DNA of 64,000 nucleotides from Laetmonice hystrix (GCA_965235115.1 OZ249448.1:23684001-23748000); one strand, 5' to 3'; counted from the first letter of the stretch, positions 34,725-49,189 are shown. Translations and numbers: made by a program. Notes: generated by a model not told the origin, from the sequence alone.

Positions 34725-37542
34725 ATACTCCTATTTCCGACAGCACGTGCTCCTGACTCCACGTTTTATTTGGCTGTTCATGACACACGTGTTTAATGGT
34801 GTCACGTGGAGTCACGTCTTGCACACTGATTTTGACGGAATATGTTTTGCTAACAGCCCCTATTGTAAGTAAGGGATTGGAATGAGGAACGCTGCTCCTG
34901 TTTACTGGCCTTACCATTCACCAGACACACTGTCATGATTAAGCACCTGTTAATGAAAGTCATTAGCACACGCCTATTACGTATACCGAAAGGACGAATG
35001 ATATATGGCAAACAGCGCCAAACGTAACACATTACTAAAGACTAGGCTCAAACAGTGTCAAGGCGTCCAAGTGGCATACCAAGGACCTCATGGTCATAAA
35101 TAAATGTACCGATGTGCTTTATACCGGATTTCCCCTTACCGTTTTGGAAATGAAAGGGGGTGGTGTAAGTAACCCGGTCATCCTGAAGACGGTAAGTATT
35201 GAATGCATCAAATCCGTTCAGATACAGGGGGAAGCATTGCTAAGCATCCTTCGTTTTCCACAGAAACTCTTTAAGAAGCGGTTAGGCATTAAAAGGACCT
35301 CAGATTCCACCAGCACAAATAACATAAGAGCCTATCAAAGTGAAGTGTCTGCTCCTTACTGCTCTGCGTGCTGGGGAGAAAAAGGAAAAGTGGTAAAATG
35401 ATAGGCCATCTCCAATCACGGCAAGAAAACCATGAATGTTGCCTCTCTTAACATTGCGTTAGTTTTCGATGGATGGCCAGCGTAGATTGCCATCTATAAT
35501 TGACAGAATCGATTGCACTGACAGTCGCTTTCATGATTCGTCCCGATTGGGGCGGGTAAGACGTAAGCATGTTGTCGCCACACTCACATGAAAAAAAAAG
35601 CTTTATATTAATCACAGGTGACAGCTGATCCATCTTCGTACCATTATGATCTGGTGATCATTAGATCGTCATCGAGCCATGCTGATGGTTCCATAGATGC
35701 CTGTTCCGCTACAGTCTTGGCAACAATTGGAAGACGCGATTCAATGATAGAGTCACGAATCGGCATCTGTAAAAAAAACCCCGCTCAGATCAGGCCTGCG
35801 GGTGTGGGATTAAAAATTAGACTCTGAGACGGTGCTGCACTGATACATTGTCTCTACCATCCAAAATACATTCCTGTCTTTGGAGCAAAGAGTAAAAGTT
35901 AGACTGTAATAATAGCCAAACGTTCACAGAATGGGTGCGAGTTCGTGGGTTTCCGGGCAGACTTGCGGACTTCCGGGAAGTATCTCGCGAGAAGGGTCTA
36001 TCTCGCGAGGGAAGGCCCGTCTCGCGAGAGATGTCTAACGAGAGCGCGTGTAGCAGCCTATTAGAGAACTCCATGGCAGAGGTAATGTTCCGGGTCGTCT
36101 GTTTGCCATCCCTGACCCACTGGTCAGATATGATAAATGGCAATACCAACTTAATCAGCAGTATAATTACGTGCTGGCAGTAAATCATCCTACACAGACC
36201 TTTCTCTTCCCTAATTCTGCGTGAATTTCTCCCCGTATACGACGGTACAAAATCAGTGGATTTATTGAGATAAAATTTCATATACTCACATCAAAAGTCT
36301 GGATTTTGAGTTTCAATGCCTGGCGATGGGTCAGTAGATTGTAGTTCTGAGATCACATTGACAAATGAGATGTCATGTAAGAAAAATCAATCAGTTGGAT
36401 TTCGCTCAGAACGGCAACCACATAGGGCGCCCCCTCCCGGCAGCGGCACTGACTAAACATATTCAGCACACGAAAGGAATAATGAGGGCCAAGGCAACCC
36501 CTGGCCAATCGAATGCGCCTTGATTTGTGTTTACTCCCGGTAAAACTGTTATTTATGCTCGCGGAGAGACGGCATGCCCGGACCGAGCCAAGGCAACGGT
36601 GGCCGCCCAGGCGGAAAAGTAAGGTATTTGCGGTGATGCTGTGGCAGTGGTAGCGTCGGGACAGCAGCGACAATTATTGACTGGGGGAATTCGACGATTC
36701 ACGCCCAGTGCCTCTCATCTCGCATCCTTGGCCTCGAGACCCGCAACCCAATACTGGCGACTCCGATGAACATGTAGTATTATTACTCCCCCCCCGCCCC
36801 GCCCCGCGGACACTGGACTGGACAGTTTGTGGGAACATGCACTGAAGTATGCGCGTTATCTGCAGAGTATCGGACAAAAATCATAAAGACTAAAGTGTAA
36901 GTCATTCAACAAAAGATAGAGAACATATAAAGCATGACTTCATAGTCTTACTGCTCCTGGTGCGGAAGCCATTTTCACTTAACTGTGACTGCAAATCGAT
37001 GACAAGTGACAAACTACATAGCCGCCAGAATGACATTGTCAAGACGCTAAAGATGGAAGCACCATTGTCAGGGCAGGAGGCCTATTGAAACCGACAAACA
37101 AGAGATAATGCTCGCCACCATATGAGATGTCTGGAGAAGAATTACGTCGATATTGTATGTCGTTCCGATCGGACGGGCACGATGTGTTAGCCTTGGCGCC
37201 CACCCCTACCCCCTCCCTCCTCCCCCTGACGTCTGACGCCACGACTGGCGGCTTCGCGGCTAATCAACTAGTTTAATGCACTTCCACCCACAAAAGAACG
37301 CGCGCGTTTGCAAGCTCAATCCATCTTATAATCTGGGCTCGGCTCAGTTGCGGTCCGTTCTAAAAATCTCCGATGAGAGCCCTATTTTCAGGATAAGTGA
37401 TTTAATCTTTGGCGCCATAAATCAGAGAATGGCAGCAGAGACCGGCGCCATTCGGCCGCCAGAGGGCGCACAGCACCTCCCACATCTTGTCTCGCGAGAC
37501 TCACAGCCAACATGTTAATCCTTGCATTTATCATAAAGGACC

Positions 37543-37728
37543 CATGGCTGATTTTATACAGAGATATACACGACTCATGGCTGACTTTATACAGAGATAC
37601 ACTGACTTTATACAGAGATACACAAGACTCATGGCTGACTTTATACAGAGATACACATGACTCATGGCTGACTTTATACAGAGATACACAAGACTCATGG
37701 CTGACTTTATACAGAGATACACAAGACA
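37543..37728. repeat. 33-bp minisatellite x~5
   Basis: Unit atggctgactttatacagagatacacaagactc. Confidence 0.9.
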
Positions 37729-39294
37729 TACCATTAAAACTCAATAATTTTTGAACTCCGGAATCTTGAAGTGAGTTTCCATATTCTGTAGTTCTAAGTT
37801 CGTTCAATTTTGTTACCCATTAAGAAATTTCCCGGCTGCAAACATTGGCTAGATGCTGTATTTTGTGTGTGGCGATGGTTCTAGGGGAGGGAGTCCTGTT
37901 TGTCCCACACATGTAGAGGCTCCACCAGCACAACATCATCTTTTTGTGTTCTGGAGAAGTTCACAGGTGTCTCGACACTGTTGAGGGTTAAAGGTTCTCG
38001 TTCATCTTCAGTTGTAAACAAATGTCTGGTCGAACAGATGTCCGTCATTCTGTCTAGTTCAACCTTTCCCCAGGTATTCCCTCCTGCTTCTATAAATCCC
38101 TCTACCTGCCAGACGTTTACTGAGCTTTGCCAAACACCACTAGTTTGAACACCGACCCATCTCCCGAAAGTAGCATCCCTATAGTCTATCAGTAAAAAGT
38201 TGAATGTTTCGCTTAGTTTGAGAGACGTTTTGCCAACAACATGTAGGTAGTAGGTACAAACAAATGGGCGTGTTCGGAGACAAACATCCTGAAATGTCCA
38301 AAAATAACGTCCTATATCATAATGACAACTACATTTTTCATGTACAGCGTCCTGGGCCCAGTATCTCGAAACGTCTCAACTTGAGGAAAGGTTACTTAAG
38401 TCAACTTACACGCTTCTGATTGGCTGGTCTAAGCAAATGTTTTAGCACTGTATTATGCCGCTACATAATATTTTTAAAAACCTACGCGGGATGTAGACTT
38501 GTACCCTTTAAATCTCCTCTTGCCGTAAAGTCCTCCAATACACAGTAATGTCGGAGAATGTTTGCTGAGTATCGTTGATACACGACTCCATAGTGACATT
38601 TCCATGCACTACTAACCAGGAAGACGGCAGAAGAACTCCTAGCTCACGCCTGACCCCGAGGGTAAACGGTAATACTACGACTCCTCCCACAAACTGGCAC
38701 CCAACATTCATATCGTGTCAGATAGGCACCACTTAACTTGCCACAGAAAAGATGCATTGCCTTGGTCGTTACATAAAAAATTAACGGCGATGATAAAGCG
38801 CCCCTTTAAGGGTCTACTGGCAGAGGGTCATTGCACCATGCTGTCCTCTTAAACTGGTCATTATACAGAGGTGAGTACATTATAAAAACATTATGTTTAG
38901 AAGTAATCATACAGACATAAGTTAGCAAACATAACATTTACCAAATGTCCACATGTTCTATAGCCCCACTCATGTAACATGAGCCGAAGTTATTTCTATG
39001 ATTTGCCACAGTGGCGAATCTATAATATCTTAGCAGCGGCTGGTCGAGTTGGACAGGGGCCAACATTGAGAATAGATAGAGTGGGTGGTTGGATTTACTC
39101 GAATCCTGTGAGGGATCAGGAAGCCGTCACAATCCCTCGCGAACACAACCTCTCGGTTATCACATCATACTCGGACATCTACAACTTTCTCCTAGCGGCC
39201 GTGAGTGACAAGGTTATATCTTTGGGAGATGTCTTATTAAAACCGTGCATCCAGACGGTATCGGGTCATATCGGGTATGGACGGGGTTAGGACC

Positions 39295-39467
39295 AGGTGG
39301 GGTGGGCTGGCGATGGGGTGGGGTGAGCTGGTGACGGGGTGGGGTGGGACAGGGTGGGGTGGAGATTGGGACAGGGTGGGGTAGGGATTGGGACAGGGTG
39401 GGGTAGGGATTGGGACACGGTGGGGTAGGGATTGGGACAGGGTGGGGTAGGGATTGGGACAGGGTGG
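39295..39467. repeat. 22-bp G-rich tandem repeat
   Basis: Unit gggacagggtggggtagggatt. Confidence 0.85.
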
Positions 39468-39754
39468 CGTGTAGAGGATCTCAATGTGGGTCAGCTGTGT
39501 ATCAATTGATCATGTACTGGAGAATAATATTATTGACATTTGCCTGCGCCGGTATTGTGTTTTCTAGGATGGAAAAGCCAGCTGTAGGTGTCTCAGCTAA
39601 CCCCCATTCCCATCGTCGAAGTCCGGAAAGCGTTATATTCCGTGGATAAGTCACTTTGTGACCTGTACAGTCATCCATGCGATGTAATGCCTATGAAATA
39701 CCACGTAACCAATAAATATATATCTCGCACTAGAAACTTTATACATCAACCGAA

Positions 39755-39950
39755 CGTCTACAGATAGCAATCCTGTGTCCCAGGTGCTGGTCCCAGGCGC
39801 AGCCACGATATAATAATCGTCTACAGACAGCAATCCTGTGTCCCAGGTGCTCGACCCAGGCGCAGCCACGATATAATAATCGTCTACAGGCAGCAATCCT
39901 GTGTCCCAGGTGCTCGTCGCAGGTGCAGCCACGATATAATAATCGTCTAC
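39755..39950. repeat. 63-bp tandem repeat x3
   Basis: Unit gtctacagacagcaatcctgtgtcccaggtgctcg...gcagccacgatataataatc. Confidence 0.88.
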
Positions 39951-40084
39951 TATCACATTTACTCAACATTATAACATCAAGGACGTGGGTACTTGGCTCG
40001 AGGTTCTCATTCCAAACATAATGAAAGCGAACTGATGCATTTCTGAGAGAAACCAAAGACTCATTCAGAACTCACCTATAGTAC

Positions 40085-40316
40085 ATGTGTTTGTACTTAT
40101 GAGACACCGTACTGTAGCATTGACTTATCGGCGACGTGTAATCGGAGAACAATGTTCTCCGGATACAGACTTGATACTACAAACGTACACGGCAGCGTCC
40201 CTGTTTGTACTTATGAGACACCGTACTGTAGCATTGACTTATCGGCGACGTGTAATCGGAGAAGTTCTCCGGACACAGACTTGATACTACAAACGTACAC
40301 GGCAGCGTCCCTGTTT
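40085..40316. repeat. ~116-bp tandem duplication
   Basis: tgtttgtacttatgagacaccgtactgtagc...cggcagcgtccc occurs twice. Confidence 0.88.
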
Positions 40317-41126
40317 TATCCCCCCCCCCCCCCCACCATTTTTACACTGACCTGGACTGAGAAGGCAGAGACCGGATTAGGCCAAGAGTAGCGCTATAAG
40401 TAGTGATATGATAATCAGAGTAAAATATAAAAAGATTTACAATGCGTGCACTGATATTGTTTCCTTCCTCGACAGCAGCTGACACATCTTCACTCGCCAC
40501 GCGTCAAACTACAGTTTTTTAATCTTCGTTTCTGAGAGAGAGTATTTTTATGAAGAAATAGATACTTTGGATTTAATGAAATCCGTTGGGAAAGAAAGCC
40601 GCTCGTCAAGATTAAGACAAGCTTTTGTTGATAATTTCAATTACCAGAGTCTTTGGCCACTTTGAAACGTTCTTCATAAGGACGGGATGATTGGGAAATG
40701 AAAAAGAATTAGTCTGGCTGGTAGCTAGCTATATAATCAATATAAACAATGGATGTCCACATATCGTAAGTTGGCAGCGATAGTCTGTCACTGCAGACAA
40801 TGGTATCAACATTGATATGGCCTGTACTTCCGGTACTGTGGGCTCGTAACTAAGGGCAACCTAACTGTCATAACTAAGGGTGAGTGTCGAACGCTGATAG
40901 CAAGTCTACCGACGTCTGTCTTAGATACCAGACGAATCCACACAAGTTTTCTATAGGTGAGTGTCCTCTGTGGGATATCAGACTGCATTGTCTCATATGG
41001 CCTTTCAAAGTATTCTTTGAAATATACTTAATGACACTTTTGTTATCGAATCTTTACTAAAAACTGAACAAAACTTTACGGATTGTTTCCCAAACAGTTT
41101 CAATGTTTGAACGTTCGACTGCCACT

Positions 41127-41550
41127 CAAGTTCTTTATGAGAGTTAAACCCCACACTATTTGTGTTCCTCCAATGTTTTCAAGTTCTTGATGAGAGTTAA
41201 ACCCCGCACTATTTGTGTTCCTCCAATGTTTTCAAGTTCTTGATGAGAGTTAAACCCCGCACTATTTGTGTTCCTCCAATGTTTTCAAGTTCTTGATGAG
41301 AGTTAAACCCCGCACTATTTGTGTTCCTCCAATGTTTTCAAGTTCTTGATGAGAGTTAAACCCCGCACTATTTGTGTTCCTCCAATGTTTTCAAGTTCTT
41401 GATGAGAGTTAAACCCCGCACTATTTGTGTTCCTCCAATGTTTTCAAGTTCTTGATGAGAGTTAAACCCCGCACTATTTGTGTTCCTCCAATGTTTTCAA
41501 GTTCTTGATGAGAGTTAAACCCCACACTCTGTGTGTTCCTCCAATGTTTT
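41127..41550. repeat. 53-bp minisatellite x~8
   Basis: Unit gagagttaaaccccgcactatttgtgttcctccaatgttttcaagttcttgat. Confidence 0.95.
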
Positions 41551-42596
41551 CAATCTGCTGACCATAAATCATGTTTTACCCTCAGAGTGGGTGGGTGACA
41601 GGCCTGTATTCCTAGCCGTGCCTCACAACCGATATTCTCCCAATGTTAGGGGCAGGGGACGGCACAGGGCGCGGAATCAGTTTTTGAGAAAGTCTGGGCG
41701 GGGGAGGAGGCTAGAGGGTTGAGTTAGGTTTAGGATAGGAACACATGTAGTGATTTATTAGTTCTTAACGTCACCAATACTCGTGTGGATGAACCGTGGG
41801 ATCCAGTCACCGCGTCAGATACCGGCAAACGTTATCTGGCTGTCCTAGGCCTCATACTGAACTTTCCTAAGTACACGGGGGATACAGTTGGGGTACATAG
41901 AACAGTACAGGGGTGAATGCCCGCTGGAGTACGATGAACTCTCCGTCTGTAAACTAGTGAGCAGAGGTCTCACCTCATCTCCTATAGCAGTGGGTGATAC
42001 ACCAGACAACATTGGTGGTACATGTACTTCCGTGGTCTCCCGACACACTGGAGGTCCCTACGCACATCGAGGTTAGTGCAGTCATCACTGCTCCAACCCA
42101 GGCCTCCCGGGGCCCGGTCCGACTCCCTGCCGGCCTGTCCGAGCCTGGACCGTCTCCCCGCCTGCCTACTGGGGCCAGAACCGCCTCCCTGCCGGCCTAC
42201 CGGGGTCTGCCCTCCGCCTGAACCCCGCCACCTGAAGGGTTCCCGGGGTTCCTGGATATCGACGGAGGGAGAAACGTGGGTTGTGGGCGTTATGGATGTT
42301 CGGGATTCCTGCCATGCATTCAGAATCCATCAACCGGGCGAACCACTGCCTGTAGGCCGCTTGGCGGAAACTATTCACAAGGCGAGGAACTCTCGGTCCC
42401 TCGGACTCTCTTTCTGTATGGATCTCTCTTTCTCCCCCTCTCTCTTTCTCTCTCTCTATTTCTCTCTCCCTTTCTGTCTCTCTCTCTCTCCCTTTCTCTT
42501 TTTCTCTCTGAGACAGAGAGATTAAATGATTGCATTATGCATAGCGTCACACATGATATGTGTCCTATTTTATTATCCCCTTTCTTTCTCCTAATT

Positions 42597-43048
42597 CCCC
42601 CAGCTGTTGCAGTCTCTTGCCTTCCCCCAGCTGCTGCAGTCTCTTGCCTTCCCCCAGCTGCTGCAGTCTCCTACCTTCCCCCAGCTGCTGCAGTATCTTG
42701 CCTTCCCCCAGCTGCTGCAGTCTCTTGCCTTCCCCAGCTGCTGCAGTCTCGTACCTTCCCCCAGCTGCTGCAGTATCTTGCCTTCCCCCAGCTGCTGCAG
42801 TCCCGTATACCTTCCCCCAGCTGCTGCAGTCTCGTACCTTCCCCCAGCTGCTGCAGTCTCGTACCTTCCCCCAGCTGCTGCAGTCTCGTACCTTCCCCCA
42901 GCTGCTGCAGTCTCGTACCTTCCCCCAGCTGCTCCAGCCTCGTACCTTCCCCCAGCTGCTCCAGTCTCTTACCTTCCCCCAGCTGCTGCAGTCTCCTACC
43001 TTCCCCCAGTTGCTACAGTCTCTTGCCTTCCCCCAGTGCTGCAGTCTC
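42597..43048. repeat. 27-bp minisatellite x~17, preceded by a CT-rich tract (42420-42510)
   Basis: Unit ccttcccccagctgctgcagtctcgta; explains ORFs 42276..43061, 42560..43246 and 42607..43131. Confidence 0.93.
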
Positions 43049-43480
43049 TTCCCACCATTAATTGCGCCGTGCTCAGACCCCCTGGTCTGCCCCCTTCCTA
43101 CCTGTCATGTCCATTCCGCGCCACCATTTGAACCGATCGTACCCAAAGCCTCACACCCTTTGATATCCTCCCACGGCGGCCGTACCTACATACCCCTATC
43201 TTCTCCACCTCCTCAACCTCAAAGTGCTGCCTGCCCGCCCGGCTGATAGCCTCCGTCTCCGACCCTGCTCAACGGTCGGCCCGTCCTTAACTAGAGAACC
43301 ACCGACCATTTGATGGTTGTATCGGATAGGAGCAGGCCTGGGGCCGTGTCAAACAACCGTATCGTTACCACGGACCTGAGAGCGCGGCCCGCTAAGTTAT
43401 AGCGTCAGGAATGCCGACCCAAACAACCCGAGGCGTCAAGCCAGGTGTATACGGCCAGGCCTTGGGTTGGGGCCCTCGCT

Positions 43481-43657
43481 GGATACAACTGGCCTCCGTA
43501 CAGGATACAACTGGCCTCCGTACAGGATACAACTGGCCTCCGTACAGGATACAACTGGCCTCCGTACAGGATACAACTGGCCTCCGTACAGGATACAACT
43601 GGCCTCCGTACAGGATACAACTGGCCTCCGTACAGGATACAACTGGCCTCCGTACAG
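43481..43657. repeat. 22-bp minisatellite x8
   Basis: Unit ggatacaactggcctccgtaca. Confidence 0.95.
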
Positions 43658-44467
43658 GCTTGGGTTAGGGTCTTCAATGTCGCACGTTTCCTCCTCTGAA
43701 AGGGCTTTGGTTTGTGACCCACCACCTGAGGGCTTAGCGTAGTGTGACAAACACTGAAAACGACTGGCGGGGGCAGGACTTAGCCCCCTGGACCCCAAAA
43801 CACATGAGTCTCTAAAACAAAATATTTCATCTTTTTAATGTTTCTATGACGTTCGACTCATGCATCCTCCTGGATGAAGTTTCTGCAGGATCTTGAGACA
43901 AACTGTGACCATTCATTAATCAAGCAATAAGTGTTGAAGCCACTGTAGAATCCTAGATGCCTTTGCTCGCCCCTGCTTGCCATGTTACAAGCCATCCCAT
44001 GATCTCCCCAATAGGCGAGTCGGACGGGCTGGCTCAAACCTGTAAATATGTAACGGGCGGGGATTTACGAGACTGTGAGAGGGTAATATGATCTGGGGAG
44101 ACCCTCACAACATGTAACAGTTCCCTGTTAAACTCCTCTTCCGTCCACGTGGGCAAACATAGCTGTAATTACCACATAGTCAACCGCTACATACACCACA
44201 GGCTGGGTTGCTGAAAGCAGGGGGAAAAAATAAATGAGGCCGGCACTGGAGGAAGGCCGAAAATAATCTTAAATTTGGAGCGTTCATAGCAAAACATGTT
44301 GCTTGAGGTTCGGGTAATTGTTGGCACATTGAGGTATCACTGACAGTGTGGCTTGCTTGTTCTCCATGGTAACCTGTACTTGAAAGTTTGGGGTAAGAAC
44401 TTCCTGACCTCTACCCCTAACTTCGTGGGAATGTTAGCATGGGGTATAGCCTCAGACCGTACGTCCC

Positions 44468-44604
44468 GTCAACCGGTGACGTCACGGTCCGTCAACCGGT
44501 GACGTCACGTCACGTCAACCGGTGACGTCACGTCACGTCAACCGGTGACGTCACGTCACGTCAACCGGTGACGTCACGTCCTGTCAACCGGTGACGTCAC
44601 GTCC
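44468..44604. repeat. 23-bp minisatellite x6, each unit carrying the palindrome GTGACGTCAC
   Basis: Unit gtcaaccggtgacgtcacgtcac. Confidence 0.92.
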
Positions 44605-45989
44605 CGCTGACTGACCTCTGAACGACGCAGATTATCAGCACTGTTTATTTAGCCGCATGGTGGCGCTGTACACATGGCGCCGCCCCCTCTGACCTGACAC
44701 GGGAACGTTACACAACACTTCTCACCGCCACTTCCCGGCATACTCAGGGGATCGAGAGGTGGAGGGGGCTGAGGCTTACTAATCTACAGCTGTGCGAGGC
44801 CACAGCCTTGCTGGAGGTACACGCCCCACCTCAGTGTTATATCGGGCAGGGGGGGGGGGAGTAGTATGAGGGCATCTTGTTTACTCTAGATATAGGCCTA
44901 CGAACTGTGGACCTATAGCGATGTACTTTGGGTCTTTCAGGAGCCAATTTCTGCCCCCCGGATAATATGCCCCCGGCCACTTTGTCTCATTACCTCTGAC
45001 TGCTGCTCCCAAACTCCCACCAACTGATAGAGATGGCGGGGTCAAACTTCACAAAATCTTTCGGGATCGGTCGAGAAATCCAGAATAATGCGACATCGCG
45101 GGCGCAAATTCGCATGCGACAGATTCATGTCAAGACAGGCAGATGTTTTGGAGACGCGAAAAAACGGCCGCGAAATCTTATCGCTATCCTGCGATCAGCT
45201 TGTAATGTATTCATCATCGGACACTTCGCTCCCCTGGTCGGGGGATGTCGTGCCAGGTGTACATGTGTTTGTGGAAACAGACGACGTACATCTTCCGTAC
45301 GAGATCGTCTAATATTATATACTTGGGGAGTAAACAACTTGGAAAGAGCAGGCACGAGTTCGTTTTCTTCTATCTGGTAAAAGTGAAAAGGATAAATAAT
45401 AAACATGGATAAAGATAATCTTTTGCGGCAGTTCACGTAAAAGAAAGAAAAGAACCAGAACATAATCTTTTGTACTGAATGTATATAACTATCTTCATAA
45501 TTAATACCGATGAGTTACAGCTAATGTCCGTGTGATTAGCAAGTTATAATACCTCACTGACTGAGCTGTATAGCTGGTCATAGGGCATGAAAGAAACTGA
45601 TAGCTTTCTACCCCATCGATAACTAAAGTTTTCCCATTCCAGAAAGTGTTTCCTTTCTTTTTTAAAGCTTGGCAACAATGGCTTCAAACAATATACTGCG
45701 TAAGTACAAGATCCTGGAGCCAATTCCCTACAATAATACCATCAATTTTAGACCGTGTAATGTGGAGACTACAGTTAAACAGATGTCGACGGTAAGAAAG
45801 TTTTAAGACACGAATTCTCCCCATTATGGTCCCTGGATGTCATGGAGTGCTGTTCTTACAAAACCTATAGATGTCGTCACCAAGTCGGGAACTAAATTAT
45901 AATAGTTACCGCACATTTTGGGCAGTTTTATAGGGCCTACATCTTGTGTCACACTAATCTCCTATCTCCTTTCTATACACTGAGGATTA

Positions 45990-46254
45990 CAATTATTGAC
46001 TTACCGGTACGATTATTGGCATACCGGTACGATTATTGGCATATCGCTACGATTATTGGCATATCGCTACGATTATTGGCATACCGGTACGATTATTGGC
46101 ATACCGGTACGATTATTGGCATACCGGTACGACTATTGGCATATCGCTACGATTATTGACATACCGGTACGATTATTGGCATATTGCTACGACTATTGGC
46201 ATATCGCTACGATTATTGGCATACCGGTAGGATTATTGGCATATCGCTACGATT
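45990..46254. repeat. 20-bp minisatellite x~13 with two interspersed variants
   Basis: gattattggcataccggtac / gattattggcatatcgctac. Confidence 0.92.
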
Positions 46255-46489
46255 AAGGCGTACCCCACGGTAAACAGATCGAAAAGCTCTGTTAAAAAAC
46301 AACTAATTTCTTGACACAAAATGACGGTAATCACTTCAAGTTTTTCTCATTTCAGTTCTCATTAAACGTACCCTCATCAAGAGGAACAAAACGTAAGAAC
46401 CTTTCTTTTATCACAATGATCTACTGTAAATTCTCGAGTATTCTCACTCAGCCAACCGATAATCTCTACGGTAACAAAGGTTTTTGGGG

Positions 46490-46575
46490 GTGAGGAGGAC
46501 GACGAGGAGGAGGAAGAGGAGGAGGAGGAGAAAAGGGAGGAGAAGAAGGAGAAAGAGCAGAAGGAGAAAGAGCAA
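46490..46575. repeat. GAG/GAA-rich simple repeat
   Basis: gaggaggacgacgaggaggaggaagagg... Confidence 0.8.
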
Positions 46576-48637
46576 ACAATAATGTGAATCACCTCCGGTG
46601 AATTTGTAAAACGTGTATCAGACGTCTCGTACCACTTCTCGCCCTCGCCTCTCGGATCGCGTGAACGTTTCACACCTTGTCGTGTCGATGAGTTTGACCC
46701 TTTCAGCGCTCAGCAATCTGTTCATCCAAGAAAGACCTCACAAATAACGTGTCATCAGATTAAGAGACCCCCCAACCCCCACCCCGCCTTGCCCCCTCCT
46801 CTACCACCTCTCCTCCTCCTTCCATATCTCCACCAACCCCTGCGGGTTCCCCTTCTGACGTTAACCGCGCCGTCCACTTACTGTGCGCCATGACGACCCG
46901 GAAGTGACTCCCGACGTCAAGGGTTAAGCGCGGACAACCGGAGCGGGCATTAATAATGAAGGCAGCGCCACTTAGCGGCCGTCCTTAAAGGTGCCGGCGG
47001 GAGGTATTTATAAAGACACGTAGTGCTGCCAGAAACCGTCGAGAGGTTCCCTGTGGATTGACAGCCTGGGGGCTGGGAGTGGTTGAGATGGGGTGCCAGA
47101 GCGGATTGCGAGAACAGTGCTCAGGGCGATTTGATCCCCTTGAAAATCTTAATCAACACTGTCCCTAGGGGGCGTAATTACACCTCGACTGCAATGTACA
47201 AAATATAAATGAAGACCTTATCATCAAAACATGACTAGATTTCGGAGGTGATACCGTGGGTACGGTTGATATATTCCATCATGAAGAAGAGACAAGCTGA
47301 AGGAATCTATATATTTATGGGTCGTAGGACGTGGGCAAATGAAGGAGAGCTTGTTGAAACTGCCACATCTCGTCATGAAGTGCTTGGCGACAAAGGTAAC
47401 ATCGCCTCAACAGCGTGATTATAGTAGTGAGGACATGAGTGGTCAGTACCTCGGGTCAGATCTTCGCCCTACAAATGAAGCAATGACCTCTATACACGCG
47501 GGCCCTACCGACGACACACCCCTGTTCGGCTAAAAACTGAAAACTACATTGTGTATTTTGTCTTACAAACGCAAAGCCTATAGCCTACACTGCAACAGAG
47601 TCAGAAGAATTCTCAGTCGTTTACTTGCATGCAATACATCACACTAATGACCAATCTAATCCGATTCGGATGTGGCATGTGGCGCAGTTAATTATGACGT
47701 AAAAAGTAAAAAACTGATCACGTAACGCCTGGACGTGATCGTCAGGAGACATTATTTGTTACGCGCACGTCATACGTCACGTTTTACGTAAACACATTCA
47801 AAGTTCCTCTTCACGTATAGATGGCTACATCGACAGACACAGACGGCACTATCACGTTATACTACGTGATTACCAGTCTCGATATTCCATCTGGGGCGTT
47901 AATCTAATCGGAATAACCGTCCATGTCGTCTGCTTACCGCCGTCCACAACGTCGTGTCGTCATCGTGTGGCGGCATGGGGCGTTTTTTAATTAAAAGAAA
48001 CATTATTACGTTTAACGTCGCTCGACCAACGTTTCTTGAAAGTTGATGAAATAAATCAAATATCGTTACTTTGGATATTATATCTACCAAGCTGTTACTG
48101 AATGATAGTGTGCACTGAGAATAATTACTCATATGTAGTTCACTTTACCATCTGATCAGCAGTAACAGTCAGGCGTCTATATTTAAACGTTACATGGAAT
48201 AACTGTGACTTCGTTTCAGCCAAAGTGAAGGACGGAAACACGTCGATGAGTAACTATACGCATGTTTTCCATGTTGCTAATGGAGACGGAACGCTCTCCT
48301 AATGAAGACACATGTCCTCCACGTCCGATGGGGCATTCCTCCGTGCCACGGACGCTCGCGGACGACCTGATTGTGGCGTTAAGACGCCTGACTTCATTAC
48401 GTCGGACGCCCAGCGTCCCTTATGTAACATGGAACAGTCTCCAAGGGCGACCCATCAAGTTAAGCCTGGTGCTGAACGTGTTCATTTAACTATACTTTGG
48501 CTTTAGACGGAGACCCACCGGTCTGCCTGCTCCGCCGGCTTGGATGTACATGTATAATAATTTGTCAAATCTTGCTAATAAGTATCGTGAGGGGGCGAGG
48601 AAAGGCAATTAGGTGACGATCCATCGCCGTCTTCATC

Positions 48638-49078
48638 AGCGCATCACTACCAAGACATAGCGCATCACTACCAAGACATAGCGCATCACTACCAAGGCAT
48701 AGCGCATCACTACCAAGGCATAGCGCATCACTACCAAGACATAGCGCATCACTACCAAGGCATAGCGCATCACTACCAAGACATAGCGCATCACTACCAA
48801 GACATAGCGCATCACTACCAAGGCATAGCGCATCATTACCAAGACATAGCGCATCACTACCACGGCATAGCGCATCACTACCAAGGCATGGCGCATCACT
48901 ACCAAGGCATAGCGCATCACTACCAAGGCATAGCGCATCACTACCAAGGCATCGCGCATCAATACCAAGGCATAGCGCATCACTACCAAGACATAGCGCA
49001 TCACTACCAAGGCATCGCGCATCAATACCAAGGCATAGTGCATCACTACCAAGACATAGCGCATCACTACCAAGGCAT
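48638..49078. repeat. 21-bp minisatellite x~21
   Basis: Unit atagcgcatcactaccaag(g/a)c; explains ORFs 48636..49073 and 48888..49091. Confidence 0.95.
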
Positions 49079-49189
49079 TTTTATTAGGTAGAAGGAAAAG
49101 GCAATTTCAAACGCTTCGTCTCCAAAAGCGAATTGAAACGATGATTTCTTTTAAGCGCTTGTGAGTTGAAAAATCAAGCTGGAAATATC

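Noticed and set aside
36110-36188. Signal-like stretch MIYCQHVIILLIKLVLPFIIS on the minus strand
   Set aside because: There is no phase-1 donor after it; the nearby GTs are weak and phase 0.
42276-49091. Low-complexity ORFs (PPAAAVS, FPQLLQS, YRYDYW, VVMRY, HHYQG)
   Set aside because: Each coincides with a 20-27-bp minisatellite, is open in several frames, and has no splice support.
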